Of a stretch of 64,000 nt of DNA, positions 51,046 to 64,000 are shown in pieces. Source of the stretch: the human T2T-CHM13v2.0 reference genome, Homo sapiens; assembly GCF_009914755.1 (NCBI RefSeq), contig NC_060932.1; one strand, given 5' to 3'. How positions within the stretch are numbered: position 1 is the first letter of the stretch; each line of letters starts with the position of its first letter. The notes under the pieces are model-generated. The model saw only the letters and a list, made by a program, of their open reading frames with translations, made no database searches and was not told where the DNA came from. Made by a program: the position numbers and the translations under genes.

Positions 51046-54000
51046 TAAATAGAAGTAACTATGTGCAAAGTCATCATAGAAGCTCAAGTTTCAAGAAGGT
51101 AAAATGACTAACATGGAAACAAAACAATTGTTTATTGAAAGGGTCAGATTGTTTTATCCTTTTATTATCAGATTGAAATTAGATATTTTCAATTCATACT
51201 TTCTAAAGGGACTATTCAGAGAGAATTTCTGAAAAATTTCATCCCTCCAGGGTTTTATAGACATTTCTTGACTTAAATACAATAAAAATAACAATAAATT
51301 TCTACTTACTGGGAAAGCCTTGTAGAAATACTGTTAAGGTTTACTTAGCAGTAAACAAAAGAGATTGAGCTACTTTTGTGTTTCTTGCTTATTTGTGTTA
51401 CTCAGTGGTGAAGAATAGCCACTTATCATTTCCTTTGTGAGAATGATTAAGGAAAATGAAAAACATTTGTCTAAGCACAGTCAATTGCTAATAGCAGGTA
51501 AAGTCATGTGGTATGGAGTAGGCACCATCTCAATTTTAACAAACCAGTTTTTAGTATCAGATGACTGGCAATGAGCCTGAAAATCCTCCCCTCGTACATT
51601 ATAGCATATTCAGTTAATGCCTTTGCAAATACTTATTGCTGCTGCATAAAAACTTTAGATACCCATAGGCAAATCCAGATAATTGAAAATTGCCTTAGTT
51701 CTGGTAAAAAATAAGTGTGATATCAGAACCGAGGGCTTGGTGGATGGCGGAACAGGTTGGACTTAGGAATGTAAGTTCTTGGGAACACATTAAGTCCACT
51801 GAGTTACGGCAAAGTATCTGGGAAATCCCCTGAAGCGGGCACTTGGTAGGAAATGAGCAGGCTCTGATGAAAGCTGCAGCCAATGAGCAAGAAATGCATG
51901 GAGAACAGGAAGCTGAGAAGTACTGGCCAGGAAGGGCTAATCTCAGGGCAGTCCCTCTAGCACCAGATAGAAACCATTCTGTCATATAATTTTGAGTTTA
52001 TGGAAAGCACCTTAATACCCAGGAAGGCTGGTAAGGACAAGACAGAACAAAGACCTGCTGGGAAAGATATAGCCTTACTGGGGCATGATTCAGTTACTAA
52101 AATTGAGTTACGAGACAATAGTGTAAAATTGAAGGTTAAGACATAACACAAGAACAGTATTTAAAATTTATCTACTTAAGGAAAAGATAGGTTTTAAAAT
52201 CTAGGTTAAGGCTGGACCTGCAGGTGACAGCCTTACTGTGAAGCATAATTAAAGCTACCGTCACCAATATCTTACCACAAATAAATGTGTGAGTTTCATA
52301 GAATGGTTTCCTTTAATGTCCTTCAGAAAGGCAGATGGTATAGAAAACCAAAGTGTAGTTCAGTAAAAGTCAAAATAGACCCATTCAGAAGGTATTCCAT
52401 GGATCTCTGAGATCTGCTTTTATGCTAAGGAGTTTTTGCTTTGTGCTGGTAGTGCAAGACTACAGCCTGGGCCACACATCTCCTTTTATGAAGAGCAAAA
52501 GTTAGATTCATAAGTATACATGAATATGGAAGACTGGGGATTGGGAATAAAATAGTTTTCACTACCTAAACCAGGTAGTGAATGATGGAGGCAAAGTAGA
52601 CTTGTAGTCTTCAGGGGGCAGACAACTTGGATTGCTTTTCTCTTTGTTGAATGTATTATTCTGGGTGCCACCAGTAGAATTGGAAGGCTGCTGAAATTCT
52701 TTCTAGTATAGACAGTTCAAATTAAGCACAGAGTTGACAGCATAAAGGATGACATAGGTGGGCCCTGGTGGCACCACGCCTTCTCTCAGGTGTGGGCAGC
52801 TATGCGTATAGTAAAAGCCTCATCCTGTGAAGGCTTGTTTGTTTTGCAAGAGAAGACAACACAGAAGAAATGGAAGAGAGGCAAAGGCTGGTACCTGAAT
52901 TATTATGCAGGGTTCTGATACCCTCACTGTTTCCTTCAAAACAACTGGATCTCTGATCTGATCATTTTAAAACCACATTAAAATACAAAATTATTTAAAT
53001 GCTGACATCAAAATTGTCCTTTCATTACTAATTGCATGGTGGAAAAAAATAGAATAGTGTTTTTCGAGAGAAAACGTTACCACTGAAAATCCCTATACCC
53101 AGCCAAATTATTGGTCTTGTGCTTTGGCAACAGAAAGTTCTTTTATCACATGACGATTCTCAGAAAATACACTGGCCACATTCACTTTTGAAAAAAATAT
53201 TTCACCAAACAAGAGATTAAAATAGATATCACAAAAATGAGGAAGTTATAGTATACAGCTGGTAAGCATTGAAACTATTTGAACGTTGTTGTATTTAATC
53301 AACAGCTATAAAAATTCATGTAAATATAAAAACAATTATAAACAAAAAGATACATTGTATACATTAATATTAAATTGAACCTAATAATCCAGAATATTGT
53401 TTATTAAAACTAACAAGTGGGTTTGGCTTGGTGGCTTGGGTAGAGGAAGTAAAGCATGCTTCATTTCTCATCTATGATAGGAGGAAGTCAATAGTTAATA
53501 CTTCTGTACTGATGTAGACAATTTTAAATGTATATATTACAGTATACATTTTAAATATTAAATTTTTAAGTAATCAGTAGAAACATAAAACAGGGTAGCT
53601 TCTAAACTGCTATAGAAATTAAGCAAACAAAATATCCATATAGGGAAAAACAAAGGAAACAGAAAGAAACCACAAAATAAACCGTGCATGAAATACAGTG
53701 ATGTTAATATGATTAAATATTTCAGATACAACCATAAATTTAAAAAGATTAAACTCACTATTAAATCACAAAGATTAAAATGTGGCAACTCCAGTGTATC
53801 TAAATATGCACTCACTATACACAAGAGTTACTCCAAAACAAAAATAACAAAAAAGTAAACAATAAAAGGATGGACAAAGGTATATTCAGCAAACAAGAAC
53901 TAAATAAAGGAGTGAGACTATTAATATTCATTAAAACGTAATTCCAAAACAAAACCAGCAAAGGGAAGAAAGATAAAAGTTACTATCTACACTGAAGATA

Positions 54001-54274
54001 TAATAGACTCAAACTCCAACGAGCAAATAACATGGTTTTGACATATACAGAACAGAAACTGCTAGAGAAGAAGGAAAAAAAGTAAAACAATGCAATCATT
54101 TCAGGACATGTTATCACCACTTTCAATTTTTGACAGGTGATTGGACATAAAATAAGTAAGCATACATAATATAATAGATTTAATTATTAGAATGACAATT
54201 GACATTTCTTTCTTTAAAAATGTTTCATCCTTTTCATTTTTCTTAAAATGTTTATCAAATTGATGATACTCTAA

Positions 54275-55140
54275 TGAAACGGAAAAAGTTCCCTTGTCCC
54301 CTTCTCAGGGTGTGCGACAGAGGGACTGGCTCGCTTCTTCAGTGCCCCACTGCTCAGACCTCTAGGGGAGTGTACAGACGGGCGGGGAGTGTACAGACGG
54401 GCAGGCTGTGGGGCTCCGACCTCACGGCAGTGTGTGAGGGTGAATGTTTATAACTCCTCAAGCCCCAGTGGGCGTGTGTTACAGGGTGCTCTTTTAGTTT
54501 TGCCGTCTATAGGCTTGTGTTAACCAGCTCAGTTAGACCTTCTACCTCGTCGCAAGGACAGAGGGCTTTCTATATGCTGGGTTCTTGCCTTGGTGTGCTG
54601 GAAGAATCGCATCACACCTGGGCTTGGAGAATAAGTGTAAGGTTTTAGTGAGTGGAAGTAGCTCTCAGCAGATGGGGGAGCCAGAGGGAGATGGTTTTCC
54701 CCTGGAGGCCTCTCTGCGGGCTGGGCTCTCCTTTGACTATACCAGCCAAACTCCGCATAGTTCCCCCTGTTGATGGCCTGCCCGCCTGCCGGTGTCTGTC
54801 GTGTGCTCTTCTGCTGGTGTGGGCCCCTCCAACGTCTAGCCGCCTGTGTCTTCTTCTGCTGATGTGTTCCTTACGACCCCCGCCGCTTGTGTGTCTGCCC
54901 AGTGGGGTCTCGGGTTATATTTATAGGCCCAGGATGGGGTGTGGCGGGCCAGGGTGATCTTGGAAAATTCAACATTGGGCGTGAAGGCAGGAGCGCCTGT
55001 CCTCACCTAGGTCTGTGGGCACAGGTCCGAGGGTGAAGCCCTAGCTAGAGACCACGCCCTCCTCTAGCCAGCACTTCCCTTCTCCCGCTCTGCATCATTT
55101 AAATGCACCACCCTCTTCCCTTCCCAGCACTCCTCTATCA
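54275..55140 (-). mobile_element. ERV1 solo LTR, LTR1/LTR27 (HUERS) group
   Basis: TG...CA termini; the minus strand starts TGATAGAGGAGTGCTGGGAAGGGAAGAG. TATA box CCTATAAATATAACC and a 19-bp internal tandem duplication at ~54366-54403. Confidence 0.8.
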
Positions 55141-56330
55141 GTAGACCATACAAGAAATCCCAATAAATTCCCCAATTTGGGAAATGTACAGGTCATATTT
55201 TAGAATAACGCTTGAATAAAACTCAAAATCAAACAATAATACTCACAACTTCTTAGAAATTAAAAGTTATCCTCTAAGGAACTCTTGAATCAAAGATGAA
55301 TTTAAAATTAAAATTGCAGGGTTGCTATTTCTGGCAATAATGCAGAATACATGTCTGGAAAAGCCTCACTACAATGCAGATTTGTATGTGGGTAAAGTAA
55401 AACCATTTTTTTTTTAATGTGTTGACTATAACGTAAGGGGATCCTTGTGAGTTAAAAAAAAGAGAGTTAGCAAACTGATTGGGAAATAGAACTGAAATCT
55501 ATAACTACCCAGCAGAATAGTTTCAGAAAAACAGGAAGCTTTCCCAGAAGACCAGGCCTTGGACCTAGGCAAAGAGAGAGAGGTTGAAAATAAAGCTCTT
55601 GAAGAAAGTTGAAAATTAAAAGGGCTAAAATATTAATAAAAGAGTAGATGGAAAAAAGCCAAGCAAAACAAAAACAACCAAAGAAAAACTTCTTAGGAAG
55701 AAAGGTAGAATACAAAAATACTTATTTGTTTTGGTTACTACTTTCAGTGGGCAAACAATAAAAAGGTTCTGGGAGTGTGTAACCACATTGGTTTGGTGTT
55801 CAAATTTACACTATTTCTGTGGATTAGGGAAACACAAGCTGAGAAATGAACTTAAGTTCCTTCAAAAGCAAACAAAATTATAGCATGCATAGCAAAAGAC
55901 AAGTAAACAAACAGAAAGAAAGAACAAAATAAACATCATGAAATAAGATGCTGAGTTATGTTAGAAGGAAAGTGTAAATCTTCTGGAAAGGGATGTAACC
56001 TTATCCAGGCCTGGTGGACATTCCACCAAAAGGTTATACTGGATATAAATTCACAATCAAAATTAAAACACATACACAAAATTAGCCACACTGAATGAGA
56101 ACAACTGCAACAGAAAATATGAAAAATAAGGATATGCAATAAAAATATTTTATAAAGAAACCAAAAAGAACTTGTAATGAAAAATATAATTGAACATATA
56201 TCTAATAGGACTTTTAGAAAAAAATAATTGAGACAAGGAAAGAGAGGATCTATTTAAACAGATAAAGACTAAGATTTTTCCTAATCAATCAAAGGCATGA
56301 ATCTCTGTATTAAAGAAGCATAAATGACTC

Positions 56331-56636
56331 TTTTTTAACTCTTAAGTTCAGAGGTACAACTACAAGTTTGTTACATAGGTAAACTTGTGTTATGGGGATT
56401 TGTTGTACAGGTTATTTCATGACTCAGATGTTAAGCCTAGTACCCATTAGTTATTTTTCCTGATACTCTCCCTTCTCCTACCCTCATTTCTCTGAAAAGC
56501 CCCAGTGTGTGTTGCTGTCTGCTATGTGTACATGTGTTCTCATCATTTAGTTCCCACTTATAAGTGAGAACATGCAGTATTTGATTTTCTGTTCCTGTGT
56601 TAGTTTGCTAAGGATAATGGCCCCTAGTTCCATCCA
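56331..56636 (-). mobile_element. L1PA15/16-like 3' end
   Basis: ttgttacataggtaaacttgtg...cccacttataagtgagaacatgcagtatttg. Confidence 0.85.
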
Positions 56637-58199
56637 TAGACAAAACCTAAATAAGTCTTAAGTAGATATAACAAAGATGAAATCCATACCGAAATTCATC
56701 CTTGTTTTCTAACAGATCACCAAAGGTAGAGAGATCTCTAAAAAGCCACAGAAAAATGATCCTACACATGTATAAAATTGACAGCAAATTTCTTAACAAT
56801 AGAAGCCAGAAGACAGTAGAGGAATCTTTCCAAGTGTTGAGAGAAATAATCTGGCATTTTTGTATTTTTTCAAGAATGATGGTGAAAAACATTAGAGCAA
56901 GTAAAAACTGAATTTATCTCTAATAGACACTCACTAAAGCATCTTGAAAAGGATGTACTTCAAAAGGAAAGAATATTATCCTAGGAAGACTATGAATGCA
57001 ATATCAAATGGAGAAAAAAAACCTCACATGCTAAAGAATATAAAATATAACCAGTATAAATAAACATATAGAACATATATTGAACATATAAAACAATAAT
57101 GTCTAATTTTGTGTTAAATAAGTCAGATATAAAATGCTGCACAACAGTATCATGAAAGATGAGTTGGAGTTGATCAGAGTTAAAGTGTTGTAAGGTCTCT
57201 TTTGTTGTTTGAAAGAGTAGGAAAAGAAAATACTAACTTCATTTTCATATTAAAATTTTCAGGAAAACCATTAGAAAAATAGAAATAGGGTGCATAAATT
57301 ATGAAAGAAGAGAGAAAAGAAATAAAAGAAGAGAAATTAACCTTAGACAAAGGTATAAAAGGAAATAAAATATGCTATAAAAGCAGGACAAACAGCAAAC
57401 ACAAAATAAAATGGTAGAAAGATTCCAAATATATCAGTAATCACAATAAATATAAATGGATGATTCTCACCACTGAAAAAAGATTTACAGATTATGTTAA
57501 AAATTATCAACTATATGCAAGTTAAACCCAATAACTTAAGGTTCCAAAAAAGATGACAAAAGGAAAAAGTACCCAGAAGAGATTAACCAAAAGATATTAA
57601 TATTGACATATTAATATCAATAAATTACATTTAAGTCAAAAAATAGAAATAAAGAGAACTACTACTTAAATATTAAATGCTGAATAAATCAAGTTACCCT
57701 ATATTTTTGGCCAGTTCCCTGTATACAACTGGCAGTTAATATGCTTTGCTTATTTTCTCTTGTGTTGTTTGTCCTTCTTTTATAAATTGTTGAAATTCAT
57801 TTTTCTATTCTAGATATTAACCATTTATAGTTAAATGCATTGCAAATGTTTTCTCCCAGTATGTGTTTGTCTTTTCAAACATTTGTATTGTGTTTGGGGA
57901 TTGGTTCAGTTTTCTTTTCAACTAAGCTTGACTGCAGTGCTCAGATCCTTACTGAAAGGAAATGGTATCCAAATAAGTCATGAAATGCAGGACATATTAT
58001 TGGCAAACTTATCATATACAGTTGATGGTGGTGAAGTGTTCAGTGAAGCAAGTATGTGCAGCACTTGATGCTTGCTGTGCTTACCTCTTATGACTGCAAT
58101 AATTACTAAAAACACTGTGACATGAGATGGTTGCTCCTCAGTGCAAAGAAGCACTTTTAGAAAGAAAATATCTCACATCCTTAAACTTTCAGGTGATGG

Positions 58200-60551
58200 G
58201 ACTCTCAGACAGGTCCCATAGGTAAAAACAGATAAATCCTATGGAAAATCTAAATTTATCTCTTGTTTCTTGATGTGCTATGATAATATCTCTGAAAAAA
58301 AAAACAGAAACTAAAGTTAATTGTATGGATTGCAGAGGGTGAGTTTGCACCTTCATTAAGTGGCTCATGTGAAGTTAGGGCATTGATTGAGAAGGAGTGG
58401 AACCCTGAGACTTGGAATAGAGATATTTGGGAAGACTTGGATGATATTGAGCATTGCATTGGATCATTCTGAATTTTCTTTGCTAGTGGAAGCAGCCCTT
58501 CTTCCTGTGTTTAGCATCTTATGATTAGTGTCAATTTTCAGCATGCCCCAGGAGGTTATTTAGAAAGTGAGTTGGAAGGAAGTAGCTTGTATTCCAAAAT
58601 GAATTGCAAAATGCATACAAATGGATAAGGCCAAATATATTGACACAGGTACATCTAACAGAGAGTCTGAATTTCATGTGCTAGTTTGGCAGGTGGAAGA
58701 GGCTCTAACATTTTACCAGAGGGGTTGAGTGAAACTTAGACTCAGTGGTAACTCAATGATGTTGAGACACAAGAACTTCCTTCATGTAATATAGAGGAAT
58801 GAATCCAAAGGTTTAGAGAAGTAGGCAAACTGAAATGGCTTTATCACATGCAACTAGTTTTTCCCACAGTTTGCTTTTTCCTGAAGGGGCCCAAAGGGCA
58901 CTCCCTTCATTAAGTTATTGAGAAATTTCATTAGTTAGGGGAATGTCCATCTTCTTGAAAAATGGGGATGCCCTCTATAGGCCAGGTATAATTTGGGAGA
59001 TGCCATCATTGAGTTGGGCTTTCGGTAAAGATAATGCACCATTTAACTGCCAGAGGCTAGGTGGGCACATTAAGTATAATGTGCACTGGGGTTGAAGTTT
59101 TTACCCATAGAGGTCTCTGTGGGATTGACCTCTATCAGGGGTCAGTCACATGTGCCTAAAACAAAGTAAATGTTCAACCCAGTAAAGCATTATTTGATAT
59201 ACATAATAAGAAAACTTTCAGGTTAAAGGCCAAACCCATGATTTGAGTCACCACAATGAAGAACCACATCCTTTCCCCTAATTCTAGACTTAAGTCAGTT
59301 TACAGAACTCAAGCCTCTTGATTGAAGGAGAGTTTTGCTCTACTGCCATAGGAATCTGCCATTTCTCTTCCTCTGACCTCATCAAAAGTGACCTGAGGAC
59401 AATTATTAGGGTGATTGTGCACTGGAGAAAATGGCATATCCAAACTTTTAGGGACCAACACAAGTTTTGGGTTACTCACAATACCAATGTGCAATTATAA
59501 TAGTTAAGAAATGGAGGCGTGTACCAAGTATGAATCACCCAGTGTCCAGTAAGTCCATGGACCCTCTCTGTGTGGGTCACTATATCCTAAATGTATAATT
59601 AAAATGGACCTACTTGGCACTGGCATTGGCAGTATTCTCAGACTGGCTCTCTAAGCCAGGGAGTGAGGGTTATTAGTACAAAAAGGATAAATGAAAGTTG
59701 CCAGAACTTTCCCTCCCTGCTAGCTCTCACAGGTAGAATACTGAACCCAAAACAACACTGTACTCTTTTGGAAATTGCAGAAATAATTGTAGCCCATGAA
59801 AGACCTCAAAAAAGAAGGGCAGTGATGCTGTTCACATCCTCATTGATATCTTCCTGTTGGCCCATATAAAATGTGATGGTTCTTTGAAAAGGACTGCATT
59901 ATTTTAAACCACATCAGGTGATAATCACAATTGCGCTCCTTTTCCAAATGCAGATTTTTTTCTAAGCTTTTCCTTAGAAATTCTGATCAGCCACGATTTT
60001 GAAGAATCTGTTTTGGATGGAGTGGACTTAATATATGATGGGAGTGGATCTAAGAAGTTCAAAGCTTGGACTGAAGTGGACAATTTGGGTATTCTGCAAA
60101 GACCTCCTTAATATTTTTTATTTACTATTTTTATGTGCCATGGCTCTAGTGTGCTTTTGCCCTAAAAGCTAGCATTTGTAACACTTATTTTTGTGTAATA
60201 GCCTTCAGGTTACTGATGCCTACTTTGCTTGAGTGGACATCCAGAAGTGGCTGGGAATGTGTACTTTGTGGGTGCATCCATTTATCACTGATTGACACAT
60301 ACTGAGGTAGGACAGTTCTAGCTTCCTTGCCATGACTCTCAGCTAACACTCCACAGTTCCCTGCAGGATCAAGTGGAAGTTATCTTTTGCAGGCCTGAGA
60401 TTCTACCCTTTCTTAGCTTTGACCCCTTCCCTTCCTTCCTTTTCCCCACTCCTTTACTGGTTTTACCCGGGAACAATTCCTTAATAAATTACTTGCATAT
60501 GAATATGAATCCTTGATCAGCATCTGCTTTTGGGGGAAAGAGCCTAAGACA
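58200..60551 (+). mobile_element. Degenerate ERVL-type internal sequence (ERV3-16A3-like) plus LTR16-like LTR (~60140-60551)
   Basis: ERVL-like internal motifs (gactctgaattt-like, gtgcactggagaaaatgg). LTR end ccttaataaattacttgca...catctgcttttgggg...cctaagaca. Confidence 0.6.
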
Positions 60552-60762
60552 TAAGCAATGGCCTGTTAGAAAATATGACGGAAATTTATTTTATTCATAA
60601 TAAATTGCAGCAAAAATGTAAAATACTTGTGAATAATAATAGAAAGTAATCTATAAAATATTAATGAGCAACATTAAAAGAAAGGTTGAAAATGGACAAG
60701 CTATGTACTTATGTAGAATGATTAACTATCACGTAAATATTTTCTCCTAAATATACATTTAT

Positions 60763-63700
60763 ATTTTTTTAATTTTTAATTTTTATATGCACATAATAGG
60801 TTTATATCTTTATGGAGTATATGAGATGTTTTGGTACAGGTGATAATTGTATCATGGAAACTTGAATATCCATCCACTCAGTCATTTATTCTTTGTCCTA
60901 TAAACAATCCAATTATACTTTTTTAGTTATTTTAAAATGTGCAATTAAATTATTATTGACTATAGCCCCACTGTTGTGCTATCAATTCGTAGGTCTTATT
61001 CACTCTTTCTATTTTTTTTGTATCCCTTAACCATCTCTACCTCTTCCCACCCATTGCTCCACTACCTTTCCCAGCCTCTGGTAACCATTCTTTTACTCTG
61101 GATCTCCATGAGTACAATTGTTTTGATAATTAGATCTCACAAATAAGTGAGAACATGCGATGTTTGTCTTTCTGTGCCTGGATTGTTTTACTTAATATAA
61201 TCACCTCCAGTTCCATTCATGTTGTTGCAAAAAAAAAAAAAAAAAAACGGATCTCATTATTTTTTATGGATGAATAGTTCTCCATTGTGTATATGTACCA
61301 CATTTTCTTTATCCATTCATCTGTTGATGGACACTTAGGTTGCTTCCAAATATTGGCAACTATGAATACTGCTGTAACAAACATGGGAGTGCAGATATCA
61401 CCTTGATATACTGACTTCCTTTCTTTTGGGTTTATACTCAGCAGTGGGATTGCTGTTGTAAGCTCTATTTTTAGTTTTTTGAGACACCTCCAAATTGTTA
61501 TCCCCAGTGGTTGTACTAATTTACCTCTCCACCAACAATGTACAAGGGTTCCTTTTTCCCCACTTCCTTGCCAGCATCTGTAATTGCCTGTCTTTTGGAT
61601 AAAAGCCATTTTAACTGGGGTGAGATGATATCTCATTGTAGTTTTGATTTTCATTTCTTTGATGATCAATGATGTTGAGAAGCTTTTCATATGCCTGTTT
61701 GTCATTTATATGTCTTCTTTCAAGAAATATCTATTCAAATCTTTTGCCCATTTTTTGATTGGATTATTAGATGTTTTTCCTATAGAGTTGTTTGAGTTCC
61801 TTTATACATTGTGGTTATTAATCCCTTGTCCGATGGGTAGTTTGCGAACATTTTTTTTCCCTTTCCGTAGGTTGTCTTTTCACTTTCTTGGCTGTTTTCT
61901 TTGCTGTGCAGAAGCTTTTTAATTTGTTGTGATGCCATTTGTCCATTTTTGCTTTGGCTGCCTTTGCTTGTGGGGTATTATTCTAGAAATTTTTGCCCAG
62001 ATCATGTCCTGGAGAATATCCCCCAATGTTTTCTTGTAGTAGCTTCATAGTTTGAGTTCTCACATTTAAGTCTTTAATCCATTTTTATTTGACTTTTGTA
62101 TAAATCAAAATGATGATGAGAGATTGGGGTCTACTTTCATTCTTCTGCACATGGATATTCAGTTTTCTCATCGCTGTTTATTGAAGAGGCTATCTTTTCC
62201 CCAGTGTTTGTTCTTGGCACTTTTGTTGAAAATGAGCTCACTGTAGTTGTCCAGATTTATTTCTGGGTTCTCTATCCTGCTCCATTGATCTATGTGTCTG
62301 TTTTTATGCCATATTGTGCTGTTTTGATTACTATATCTCTGTTGTATAATTTGAAGTAAGGTAATATGATTCCTCCACTTTTGCTCTTTTTGCTTAAGAT
62401 AGCTTTGCTTATTCTGAGTCTTTTGTGATTTCATGTAAATTTTAGAATTTTTTCTATTTCTGTGAAGAATGCCATTATTATTTTGACATGGTTTGTCTTG
62501 AATCTGTAGATTGCTTTGGGTAGTGTGGACATTTTAATAATACTGATTCTTCCAATCCATTAACATGGAATATCTTTTCATTTTTTAGTGTCCTCTTCAA
62601 TTATTTTCATAGTGTTTCATAGTTTTCATTGTAGAGATATTTCACTTCTTTGTTTAAGTTAATTTCTAGGTATTTAATTTTATTTGTGGCTACTGTAAAT
62701 TGAATTACTTTTTAAATTTCTTTTTCAGATTGTTCACTGTTGGCATATAGAAATGCTACTGATTTTTGTATGTTGCTTTTTTATTCCACAATTTTTACTG
62801 AATTCATAAGTTCTAATAGTTGTTTGGTGGAGTGTTTAGGAAAAACTTTAAGTCTCCATCAAATTTATATTTTTCAAATATAAGGTTATATCATCTGCAA
62901 ACAAGGATAATTTGACTTCTTTCTTTCCAATTTGGATGTCCTTGATTTTTTTTCTCTTGTCTGATTGCTCTAGCTAGGACTTCCAATATATTGAATAACA
63001 GTGGTGACAGTGGGCCTCCTTATCTTCTTCCAGATCTTAGAGGAAAGACTTATAGTTTTCCCCAGTCAGTAGGATTCTAGCTGTAGGTCCATCATATATG
63101 ACTTTTATTATGTTGAGGTATGTTACTTCTATATCCAGTTTTTACCATGAAGAGGTGTTGAACTGTATCAAATGCTTTTGGGGCATCAATTGAAATGAAC
63201 ATATGGTTTTTGTCCTTCATTCTGTTGATATGATGTATCACATTGATTAATTTGCATATGTTAAACCAGCCTTGAATCCCCGGGCTTAATCCCACTTGGC
63301 TATGATGAATGATCTTTTTAATGTATTGTTTAATTCAGTTCGCTAGTATTTTTTTGAGGATTTTTCATCAATATTCATCAGAGATATTGGCTTATAGTTC
63401 CCTTTTTTTTTTGGTTTTGGCATCAGGGTAACACTGTCCTCATAGAATGAGTTTGGAAGTATTTCCTACTCTTTTTTTTTGGAAAAGTTTAAGTAGAATT
63501 GATATTAGTTATTCTTTAAATATTTGATAGAAATCAGCAATGAAAACATCAGGTCACAGTTTTTTCTTTTTTCGTTTGTTTGTTTTTTTTTTTTTGATGG
63601 GAGAATTTTTATTACCGCTTTGATTTTTTTACTTGTTGTTGGTCTGTTTAGGTTTTGGATTTCTTCATGGTTCAGTCTTGATATGTTGTATGTTTCTAGG

Positions 63701-64000
63701 AATTTATCCATTTCTTCTAGATTTTCTAATTTATTGACACATGGTGGCTCATAGTAGCCACTAATGATCATTTAAATTCCTGGGGTATTAGTTGTAATAT
63801 TTCCTTTTTTATCTCTGAGTTAACTTATTTGAATCTTCTCTCTTTCTTTCTTAGTCTGGCTAAAGGTTTATCTTTTCAAAAAACCAAATTTTTGTTTCAT
63901 TGATTTTTTGTATTGCTTTCTTCATTATAAATTTGTTTATTTCTGCTCTGATCCTTATTATTTCTTCTCTTGAGGAAATTCTGTGTTTGATTTGCTCTTG
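60763..64000 (-). mobile_element. L1MA1/2-like LINE-1 (3'UTR and ORF2), continuing beyond the window
   Basis: ORFs 61217-61705, 63092-63295 and 63505-63771 are L1 ORF2 remnants ([29 protein letters not shown]). Confidence 0.92.

Larger units (their letters stand above)
53180..57690 (+). mobile_element. Old L1 (L1ME/M5-like) fragments, interrupted by an LTR and an L1PA
   Basis: A-rich L1 sense motifs such as ccaaatatatcagtaatcacaataaatataaatgga and atagaagccagaagacagtagaggaatctttc. Confidence 0.6.

Overview
This window is primate, very probably human, genomic DNA. The first ~950 bp is a CpG island containing exon 1 of interleukin-7 (IL7) on the minus strand: a long 5'UTR with nine upstream ATGs and an IRF element, the 10 coding bases ATGTTCCATG (M-F-H-V) and a GTAAGC splice donor. 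The remaining ~63 kb lies upstream of IL7 and has no credible protein-coding gene. It is dominated by repeats: large old L1MA copies, L1PA fragments, Alus, L2/MIR, THE1/MST/MLT/LTR1/LTR16 LTR elements, Tigger/MER DNA transposons and microsatellites. The long ORFs in the track are L1 or MaLR remnants or chance frames. From memory, the region hosts the divergent/antisense lncRNA(s) IL7-AS/LINC02605/MITA1. I find no new gene system. The most unusual structures are a ~430-475 bp direct duplication bracketing a THE1 provirus like a giant target-site duplication, the uORF array with an AUGA stop/start overlap in the IL7 leader, a tandem compressed SOX-OCT motif, an isolated CTCF motif, kB/AP-1 motif clusters, and an IL7-facing LTR1-type LTR with an intact TATA box but an apparently mutated polyA signal. 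Repeat subfamily names were assigned by eye and are approximate.
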